Made by a program: the position numbers and the translations under genes. DNA of 64,000 nt from Patescibacteria group bacterium (GTDB taxonomy: Bacteria; Patescibacteriota; Microgenomatia; UBA1400; PJMF01): NCBI GenBank assembly GCA_016861205.1, contig BOKX01000001.1, forward strand, positions 392,539 to 456,538. The letters are read 5' to 3'. Below, piece by piece: positions 57,335 to 64,000 of this stretch. A model generated the notes under the pieces. That model made no database searches and was not told where the DNA came from. It was given only the letters and a program-made list of their open reading frames with translations. Each line of letters starts with the position of its first letter. Positions within the stretch are counted from its first letter, which is position 1.

Positions 57335-59452
57335 ATGGCGAAACCAGCTTTGGATCGACTTTTTGCGGCACGGAGTGTAGCGGTGATCGGCGCCAGCCGG
57401 CACCCAGGCAAAGTCGGCAACTCAATTGTCGTTAATCTCAAAAAGAGTGAGTTTCAGGGTCATGTGTACCCTGTCAACCCGGCTGCCAGCAGCGTGGCTG
57501 GTTACCCATGTTACCCGGACATTACAGCAGTCCCCAGTGTTCCAGACGTAGCTGTCGTGGTCGTACCCGCTTCAGTGGTCATTCCGACCGTGAAAGCTTG
57601 TGGCGAGAAAGGCATTCCATTCCTGATTATCATCAGTGCTGGCTTTAAAGAAACTGGTTCTGAAGGTGCTCGCCGGGAACAAGAACTCAAAAGTGTCATT
57701 CAGCAGTACGACATGCGAGTGGTTGGACCAAACTGCTTAGGTGTGTTGAATCCACATCGCCGGTTTAACGCCACGTTTGCCAGCCCACAGGACTTTCCGA
57801 CACCAGGTGGCCTGGCTTTTATCAGCCAATCGGGCGCATTGGGCACTGCTATTCTGGATGTGAGCGTCACAAATCCTCTCTTTGGCTTGAGCAGTTTCGT
57901 GAGTCTTGGCAACAAAGTTGATATAGATGAAGCTGAGTTACTCGAGTACTTTGCCCATGATCCCAAGACCCAAGCCATTGCCTTGTATGTAGAAGGCTTG
58001 ACCGATGGTCAACGCTTTGTCCAGGCAGCTCGCCGAGTATCTCGTGCCAAACCAATCGTCATGCTTAAAAGTGGTCGCTCGAGCTCTGGCCAAAAAGCTA
58101 TCAGCTCTCATACCGGAAGTTTGGCTGGCAACGAAGTTGTGTACGATGTGGCGTTAGCCACTGCTGGGGTCATTCGAGTAACGAGTTTTCAAGAACTGAT
58201 CGATGTCAGCACCGCTGTCACCCACCTACCCCGACTGCGTCAAAACCGAATTGCGATCATTACCAATGCTGGTGGACCGGCCATTTTGGCCACCGATGCT
58301 ATTCAACGACATCCATTAGTTTTGTCGCAGCTGCACAATGTGACCACTCGCCGGCTGGAACGCTTTTTACCCGACACTGCCAGTGTTCATAACCCAATCG
58401 ATATCCTCGGTGACGCACTGAGCGATCGCTATCGTGGTGCTCTCGATATCATTGGACATGATAGCTCCGTTGATGCGGTCCTGGTTATCTTGACCCCCCA
58501 ATCAATGACCGACATTTCTGAAGTTGCTGAAGTGATTGCCGAAACTGCTCGGCGGTTGGCTCGCCCGATCATTGCTTGCTTTATGGGTGAGCGACGGGTA
58601 GAAGTTGGCCGGAAGCTGTTAGCTGAGGCTAAGGTACCAGTTTTTGAAGACCCAGACCAAGCTGTGGCGGCGCTCGCTGGGTTGTACAAACACACGTACC
58701 TGCGTGAAATTGCCAATGAGACATGGCTCGACACTCCCCGTCCTCCATCTTTGGCTACACGTCGGTTACTGGAACTTCCTCCCGAGTCCGAGTCCCTTCG
58801 TCTATCACTGATGCAGTCACTCGATCTGCTCAGAGAAATCGAAATCCCGGTGGCCCGCACGCAAGTTGTGACTTCCCTCACCCAAGCTGAAGAGCTGGCT
58901 ACCCGGTGGCAATGGCCCATCGTTCTCAAGATTGATAGCCCAGATTTAAATCACAAAAGTGACAAAGGCGGAGTGGTGGTGGGCATTCACAACCGAGATG
59001 AGCTCGCAACAGCGTATAAACAGTTGAGCAGTCTGATTGAACAATCAGGCTGGAGTCAAGCTGACATCGTGATCCAAAACCAAGTTACAACGGGACAGCA
59101 GTTTATTGTTGGTGCCCATCAAGATCCAACCTTTGGACCAGTGATTACCGTCGGCCTTGGTGGCATTTATGTGGAAGTGTTCAAAGATGCAGTCAATCAA
59201 CTGGCTCCAGTGAGTGTCAATGAGGCCCGACGCATGTTGGCAAAACTCAAGTCGTACCCGTTACTCAGTGGCGCCCGAGGTCAAGCCAAGGCGGACATCG
59301 CCGGCCTAGCCAAGGTCGTCTCTGCCGTTAGTCACCTGGTTGCTGCTTGTCCTGAGTTGAATCAACTTGACATCAACCCTGTGTTTGTCCAAGATGAGCA
59401 GGTTATTGCTGTTGATGCACGCGTGATTCTGGCCCCAGCTCTGAGAAGATAA
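57335..59452 (+). CDS. Acetyl-CoA synthetase (ADP-forming), fused alpha/beta (NDP-forming acyl-CoA synthetase)
   Basis: Carries the 'SVAVIGASRHPGKVGNSIVVNL' CoA-binding region, 'FISQSGALGTAIL', and an ATP-grasp C-terminal half. 705 aa. Confidence 0.75.
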   Translation: MAKPALDRLFAARSVAVIGASRHPGKVGNSIVVNLKKSEFQGHVYPVNPAASSVAGYPCYPDITAVPSVPDVAVVVVPASVVIPTVKACGEKGIPFLIIISAGFKETGSEGARREQELKSVIQQYDMRVVGPNCLGVLNPHRRFNATFASPQDFPTPGGLAFISQSGALGTAILDVSVTNPLFGLSSFVSLGNKVDIDEAELLEYFAHDPKTQAIALYVEGLTDGQRFVQAARRVSRAKPIVMLKSGRSSSGQKAISSHTGSLAGNEVVYDVALATAGVIRVTSFQELIDVSTAVTHLPRLRQNRIAIITNAGGPAILATDAIQRHPLVLSQLHNVTTRRLERFLPDTASVHNPIDILGDALSDRYRGALDIIGHDSSVDAVLVILTPQSMTDISEVAEVIAETARRLARPIIACFMGERRVEVGRKLLAEAKVPVFEDPDQAVAALAGLYKHTYLREIANETWLDTPRPPSLATRRLLELPPESESLRLSLMQSLDLLREIEIPVARTQVVTSLTQAEELATRWQWPIVLKIDSPDLNHKSDKGGVVVGIHNRDELATAYKQLSSLIEQSGWSQADIVIQNQVTTGQQFIVGAHQDPTFGPVITVGLGGIYVEVFKDAVNQLAPVSVNEARRMLAKLKSYPLLSGARGQAKADIAGLAKVVSAVSHLVAACPELNQLDINPVFVQDEQVIAVDARVILAPALRR

Positions 59453-59476
59453 ACTAGAGAACCCGATCAAGTTACG

Positions 59477-59830
59477 TTAATTTTTGAAGCGCTGTCGCAA
59501 CTCAATGCCAAAGTTGGCAGTTCGGAGCATAGTCGGCCAGTGGTTTGCTGTGGCGATTCTGATGTACTCGGGATCGCTCGTCAAAATTAAGATTTGCTCC
59601 AGTGTGTAGCCTTCGGCCAGCAGCATCGGTATCACTTCCAAAAAGCCGCCTTGTAATCCATCAACGATCACTTGATCATAGCGTTCTTTGCCGAGAGCTT
59701 GGGGTACTTCTTGCGGATGACTGACACCGGTTGTAGTGAAGAGGCCGCGAAAAGCCAACTGATAAATCGTTTCGGTCGTGGACCAATCATCGTCCACGAT
59801 CAGCGCTAATCTGTTTTCAGCATTCGACAT
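59477..59830 (-). CDS. Stand-alone response-regulator receiver (CheY-like) domain protein
   Basis: 117 aa with 'LALIVDDDWST' (acidic pair), 'QVIVDGLQ' and 'ILILTSD'. It has no output domain and no neighbouring kinase. Confidence 0.5.
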   Translation of the reverse strand: MSNAENRLALIVDDDWSTTETIYQLAFRGLFTTTGVSHPQEVPQALGKERYDQVIVDGLQGGFLEVIPMLLAEGYTLEQILILTSDPEYIRIATANHWPTMLRTANFGIELRQRFKN

Positions 59831-60064
59831 AGTGCCTCCTACTTTATACAGCTACGACAGGAAGCTGATTGTAACAGTCGCTGGTTACCTTAGAAAAGGT
59901 TTAGAACTCATTGCAAAACTCGCTTTCGCAGTGAAACAGGGATGGTTTGAGCCAAAAAGGATGTTTCTTAACGCAGGACTAGCTGAGCTAATTCAAGGAG
60001 AAAAACAGCCTTTTTAACCAAAGCAGCGCCTGTTGTAATAGAAATGGAGTTTTGCAATAAGTTC

Positions 60065-61426
60065 TTACTTCTTGAACAGTTTGTAGGCGCTAAATCCGAA
60101 CAAGCCCAACCCAGCTAAAACAGCCACCGCGGCCAAAATTGTCCGGACTGGACCAGCGCCGCCGGCTTGGGCCTTAGGTGATGGTAATGGTGTCAATAAT
60201 CGTGGTGAGGCAGTCGCCTTGGGTGAACTTGAAGCACGAGGTGTGGCACTCACTGTGGCAGATGGCCGGGCACTAACCGTGGCTGTGGCGCGTGGACTTG
60301 GTGTTGGCGTCACCACCACGGCCACCACTCTCGGTGTGGGAGTAGGCGTTACCCGGGTGGTGCTACCGGTACCACCAGTGCCACTACTACCCTTGCTAGC
60401 AGAAGTGGTTGTTTTGGGGCTCGGACTTGGCAAGTTTGCACAACTTGAACTGGTGACGTTCTTGGGATTGCGGCATTGGTTAAAGTAACATACGAACTGG
60501 CTTTGGCATTCTCGGCCGTCGGCACAGTACTGATTGCAACTACGTTGAAGACCATTGTCTTTCAATTTACTACAGTTGGCATCTTCTAGGTCATCCTTGT
60601 GTCGGCATTGACCTTTGTAACAACGCAGCGCTGACTGGCACTCGGTGTCTGTGGCACAGTTTTGATTACAAGTCTTCTTAGAACTATCTGGATCGCTACT
60701 GGCTGCCGGAGTGACTGTGAAGGTTTGGTTACCTGGCAATTCAAGTACCGCTTCTGCGGCTGACAAGGCCGGCACTAAGGTCGTGTTGGCCAACTTAAAG
60801 GTCACCCCACTACTGGGCGGGTTGCTGACAGTGAATGTGGCCACGACTTGGTCAGCGTTACGGGTACTGACTAACTGACTTGGGTTTGGTGGGGCAAAGG
60901 AAGTCACTAAAAAGTCGGTGGCTTGGCCAGATTGATCATTCAAGTCTTTGGCTACTTCCTGTAAACCAAGTGGATTGGAGGTGGAAACTACGACACTGGG
61001 CGATTTAACACCTTCAATCGTGCCATGAAGTTCCACACCAGCAATGTTGAAACTTTTACTATTCAACAACACTTCTACCACAATTTTGCCGTCGTCAGTC
61101 CGACCACGCCATTTGAGGGTCATTGTGTTCTCCGGTGCAGCAGCCTGCTCTCGCACTTCTTGCGGTTGTCGTAACACGGTAGTCGCGACACCCAAACTGA
61201 CCCCAATCATCAGCAACAAACCACCAACGACAACTGGCCATCGTTTAGTGAGATTAGTTTTGGGGGTTGGCTTTTGTGATTGGCTCACTGGCGTCTGAGC
61301 GTTAGGAGCTAAACGGGAATTACGAGCTGGCACCGACTCATCACCAGACTCGGGCAATCGGGCTGACATAGTTGGTAGTTGTGAGAAGTTAGCTTTGGTA
61401 CCCATACCGTGACTTCTACTGCACAA
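60065..61426 (-). CDS. Cell-surface protein: N-terminal TM helix, beta-rich domain, duplicated Cys-rich module, Pro/Thr/Ser linker, C-terminal hydrophobic anchor with KK tail
   Basis: The Cys-rich module 'CNQ(N/Y)CA(T/D)..ECQS...CY..QCR' occurs twice. A 'TPTPTPRVVAVVVTPTPSP..' linker follows. The C-terminus 'LAAVAVLAGLGLFGFSAYKLFKK' resembles a sortase-type anchor, but no canonical LPXTG is present. Confidence 0.5.
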   Translation of the reverse strand: MCSRSHGMGTKANFSQLPTMSARLPESGDESVPARNSRLAPNAQTPVSQSQKPTPKTNLTKRWPVVVGGLLLMIGVSLGVATTVLRQPQEVREQAAAPENTMTLKWRGRTDDGKIVVEVLLNSKSFNIAGVELHGTIEGVKSPSVVVSTSNPLGLQEVAKDLNDQSGQATDFLVTSFAPPNPSQLVSTRNADQVVATFTVSNPPSSGVTFKLANTTLVPALSAAEAVLELPGNQTFTVTPAASSDPDSSKKTCNQNCATDTECQSALRCYKGQCRHKDDLEDANCSKLKDNGLQRSCNQYCADGRECQSQFVCYFNQCRNPKNVTSSSCANLPSPSPKTTTSASKGSSGTGGTGSTTRVTPTPTPRVVAVVVTPTPSPRATATVSARPSATVSATPRASSSPKATASPRLLTPLPSPKAQAGGAGPVRTILAAVAVLAGLGLFGFSAYKLFKK

Positions 61427-62333
61427 ATTTCAAGTACTCTTCCAAAAAGAGCTTGTAGTCATTGATATCAACTTTGCCGTCTTTGTTGAGGTCGGCGACC
61501 GAGCCAGCTCCAGGTGTTGGTGACACCGACTGATCTTTTGTGTAGGTACACTGTGCATTCACATTGGTGGCTGTGGCACAGGTAGTCCCGATACATGGGT
61601 TACATTGAACCTGTAAGAATGGTGAAACTTCCAGCTCAGCTGATAGATTACCGCTGGCCACCGCTAAAGGTTGCATCCCCTCACTGGTGCTACGACGATA
61701 AGCAAAGAAATAACTGGTCGCGTTACTGGGCCCGTTACAGCGGAACTGGATACGAGTGCCGACGGTGGGCGTTTTATTGCCATCAATCGAAATTGAGTTA
61801 CACGTACTGACCGTGGCGGCTGGTGTCGGAGTCACCTGCGCAGCTGGCGTAGGAGTGACTTGGGCTGCTGGAGTGGGTGTAACTTGGGCTGTGGCTGCTA
61901 CAGTAAAAGTATCACTGTCGGCACAACTGTTGGCACTGTTCGCACAGCGGAAAGTGTAGGTACCCGCTTGTGTTAAGCGATAGTCGCGCAAAGTGTTGCC
62001 CCAACTCGATTGGGTGAGGTTAACAGTTTGGCCTTGTGGGGTGACAACAGTCGCAGTGATCCGCCCAGTGCTCAGCAAACTAACGGTGCCATTACTGGCA
62101 GTCATGAAACAGTTCACATCAATAAAGCTATTCTGGGCTGGCGCGAAAACTGCCCCATGGACCCATGGTGTTTCAGCAGCGGCCGACTGGCGGAACTGAG
62201 TGTTGACCGTGCCTGAACTACAGGCAGTTTGAGCCTGAACAGGCGTCACAAATGGCGCGGTGGCTCGAACAATCAGGGCAAAGACCCCGACAACTAACAG
62301 ACACAACGCAAGTTTGGCAACTTTCATACGCAT
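61416..62333 (-). CDS. Secreted protein with TPTPAAQV x3 repeats and a C-terminal dockerin/EF-hand-like Ca-binding motif
   Basis: Signal peptide 'MRMKVAKLALCLLVVGVFALIVRATA', and a C-terminal 'DLNKDGKVDINDYKLF' (DxNxDGxVDxxD). It overlaps the downstream gene by 11 nt. Confidence 0.5.
   Translation of the reverse strand: MRMKVAKLALCLLVVGVFALIVRATAPFVTPVQAQTACSSGTVNTQFRQSAAAETPWVHGAVFAPAQNSFIDVNCFMTASNGTVSLLSTGRITATVVTPQGQTVNLTQSSWGNTLRDYRLTQAGTYTFRCANSANSCADSDTFTVAATAQVTPTPAAQVTPTPAAQVTPTPAATVSTCNSISIDGNKTPTVGTRIQFRCNGPSNATSYFFAYRRSTSEGMQPLAVASGNLSAELEVSPFLQVQCNPCIGTTCATATNVNAQCTYTKDQSVSPTPGAGSVADLNKDGKVDINDYKLFLEEYLKFVQ
61819..61890. repeat. 3 x 24-nt imperfect tandem direct repeat (codes TPTPAAQV x3 on the minus strand)
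   Basis: The three units are gctggtgtcggagtcacctgcgca, gctggcgtaggagtgacttgggct and gctggagtgggtgtaacttgggct. Confidence 0.7.
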
Positions 62334-62399
62334 ACCTCATTGTGCCGAAGTTTCACTGGTGGTGCAAGCGGGAGTTGCGTGAGTGAGACGTAGACTGGC

Positions 62400-63380
62400 T
62401 TAGCGTTCTCGCTTGAACTGAGCCAAGTTGGGATCGGCCAGGAGAGCTTCGATGGCAAACTCAGCATCTCGGCGAAGAATAAAGTAGTAGGTTTGAGTGC
62501 CACTTGCTACAGACTGCTCCCGAGTTCCCAAAGGTACACCCGCCGAGCGCAGTGCTTGAGCCACTGTTTTGACATCCCGGCTACTAATGTTGAGAACAGG
62601 TCGAACTAAGGAAGACACGTCGATCAAGATAGGCCGTAAACTGTTGGCATCTGCCAACAGCGTACGACGAGTCACCTTGTTCAACAGAGCTTGGGCTTCT
62701 TCGTCAGTGCGCGATCGACGGAGTTGCCGCATCACTTGCAGCTGTTCAGATTTATTGGTGTGGGCCCGAGTCAGAGGTAAAAGGTCTTTATCAGGTCCCA
62801 GCAGGAGCCGGAACTTACTTCGCTGTTGGCTGGTTATGTTGCCATTATGGATTTCGCCAGATTTTATTTTGCCGATCAGGGCCAACCGATCTTGCATTTG
62901 CTGCGGGTTAAGCACCCACTGTTGTCGAACCACACTCAGTTGCTCACGAGGCCAGCTGGCCTTAATTTCCTCTGGCGCATTCCGCCACAACCAACCCATG
63001 ACCATTTTAATTTGCAGTTCGACTGTTTGTCTCGATACTCCCACTCGCTCGGCAATCTCAGCTTTTTGCTTAAAACCAAAAAAGTGCAGACACAGCACTT
63101 CTAAGTACACCTGCCACCGCTGCTGAGGAGGCACGAGGTTACCAATTTGCTCTCCCCACTCACGGGGAGTAATCAGGCGTTGCTGCCGCTTACGATCAAG
63201 AGTCGCAATCCCGTTTTGGTACTCACGAGTCAGCTGAATAGGCACTTTGTCGAGCAAACCCGACTCCACATACCACAAGATAAAACTAACTAGTGGCTCC
63301 GAAAACCCCACCATGCTCTCGCGCAAACTGTCAGGATGAATTGCCGGTTGGTACCCAGCCGGTGGCAGTGATTCTGGCAT
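62400..63380 (-). CDS. Hypothetical regulatory protein with a sigma-70 region-4/LuxR-like HTH
   Basis: 326 aa. 'KQKAEIAERVGVSRQTVELQIKMVMGWL' is an HTH of the sigma r4/LuxR type. No other domains recognised. Confidence 0.4.
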   Translation of the reverse strand: MPESLPPAGYQPAIHPDSLRESMVGFSEPLVSFILWYVESGLLDKVPIQLTREYQNGIATLDRKRQQRLITPREWGEQIGNLVPPQQRWQVYLEVLCLHFFGFKQKAEIAERVGVSRQTVELQIKMVMGWLWRNAPEEIKASWPREQLSVVRQQWVLNPQQMQDRLALIGKIKSGEIHNGNITSQQRSKFRLLLGPDKDLLPLTRAHTNKSEQLQVMRQLRRSRTDEEAQALLNKVTRRTLLADANSLRPILIDVSSLVRPVLNISSRDVKTVAQALRSAGVPLGTREQSVASGTQTYYFILRRDAEFAIEALLADPNLAQFKRER

Positions 63381-63435
63381 AACTTGAGTGGCCGGATTAT
63401 ATCAAAGTCACTCATAGCAGCTGGTATACTGAGAT

Positions 63436-64000
63436 ATGTCTGACTCTCACCTCGTATCAGTTTGTGAACGCTTAGCCCGGCAAGGCGGCCAGCGAGCCTG
63501 GCAGGCGTTTACCACTGGCACCATCAGTAGCACTCAAAAAGTTGATTCCAGTTTAGTCACTGAGTGGGATCAAAATATCGAACGCGAACTCATTGCTCAG
63601 CTCGAAGCCGAGTTCCCCGACCACTCCATCATTGGCGAAGAACTACCTCCTAAAGTTGGCTCGGGTGAGTACACCTGGTACCTCGATCCAATCGATGGCA
63701 CCAGCAACTTCAGCGCGGATGTACCACTATTTTGCTGCATGGTCTGTGTTACCAAAGGGGACCAAGTGGTGGCCGCCAGCATCTACATTCCGGCATCGCA
63801 AAAACAGTACACTGCCAGCAGTGATAGCCCCACCACCGTGAATGGTCAGCCATTTACCCCGCCGCCACTCCAACCTCAAGCCCAGCAAACCCTGTTGTTA
63901 GAAGGCGGCCGGACCGCTCAGGCCAAAGCCAAAGTTAGCCACTTGGCTGGGTTACTCAGTCAGTTTCGCTCACTGCGTAAGTTTGGCACGGTGTGCGGTG
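63436..64000 (+). CDS. Inositol monophosphatase family protein (SuhB/IMPase-like), 3' end outside the window
   Basis: Manual translation from the ATG at 63436 gives 'MSDSHLVSVCERLARQGG...EELPPKVGSGEYTWYLDPIDGTSNF', the IMPase family signature. The frame is open to the window end, so it is absent from the ORF track. Confidence 0.75.
   Translation, partial: MSDSHLVSVCERLARQGGQRAWQAFTTGTISSTQKVDSSLVTEWDQNIERELIAQLEAEFPDHSIIGEELPPKVGSGEYTWYLDPIDGTSNFSADVPLFCCMVCVTKGDQVVAASIYIPASQKQYTASSDSPTTVNGQPFTPPPLQPQAQQTLLLEGGRTAQAKAKVSHLAGLLSQFRSLRKFGTVCG

Noticed and set aside
61819-61890. Tandem repeats, considered as a possible CRISPR array or minisatellite
   Set aside because: There are only three units, they are contiguous with no spacers, and they are in-frame within a coding sequence (TPTPAAQV). 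This is a coding repeat.
63593-63841. 82-aa + strand ORF from the ORF track
   Set aside because: It lies out of frame inside a much better-supported IMPase-family reading frame (WYLDPIDGTSNF).

Overview
This 64 kb window is a gene-dense bacterial chromosomal segment of about 50% GC with no rRNA genes, CRISPR arrays or mobile elements. Its gene content (many small overlapping genes, an ADP-forming acetyl-CoA synthetase, a short AspRS, a tRNA gene lacking an encoded CCA alongside a CCA-adding enzyme) suggests a reduced-genome lineage, possibly a Patescibacteria/Saccharibacteria-like organism (low confidence). Three blocks can be distinguished. (1) Coordinates 1-19988 hold an ~20 kb cell-envelope glycosylation island. 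It contains four GT4 and four GT2 glycosyltransferases, including polyprenyl-phosphate-sugar synthase-like GT2s with C-terminal TM helices. It also contains GDP-L-fucose synthase, a GalE-like epimerase, a small 3-TM membrane protein, and at least five large polytopic GT-C-type (ArnT/PMT/PIG-V-like) membrane glycosyltransferases. The island ends at an orphan OmpR-type response regulator with an atypical acidic pocket. (2) Coordinates 20752-39438 carry tRNA-Gln(CUG), a YbaK-like deacylase, and a long co-directional minus-strand housekeeping array. The array encodes alpha-glucan phosphorylase, M29 aminopeptidase, RdgB, YbaB, DnaX, YbeY, GluRS, D-Ala-D-Ala carboxypeptidase and a short AspRS. It is interrupted by a giant 1859-aa protein (30270..35849) carrying two Hsp90/sacsin-like GHKL ATPase modules and a C-terminal HExxH motif, which is the most unusual element in the window. 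(3) Coordinates 39439-64000 begin with a promoter-leader-terminator (attenuator-like) element driving a two-gene cassette of unknown function. They continue with RecJ, CCA-adding enzyme, a P-type cation ATPase, SecDF, a wHTH-nucleotidyltransferase-like protein, a DUF3048-like lipoprotein, RseP, Frr, short-form RmlA, a CAP-domain protein and an ADP-forming acetyl-CoA synthetase. Next come an orphan receiver protein, two co-transcribed surface proteins (Cys-rich repeats, Pro/Thr linker, dockerin/EF-hand-like motif, TPTPAAQV tandem repeats), and a sigma-r4/LuxR-like HTH protein. The window ends with an open-ended inositol-monophosphatase-family gene that is missing from the six-frame ORF track.
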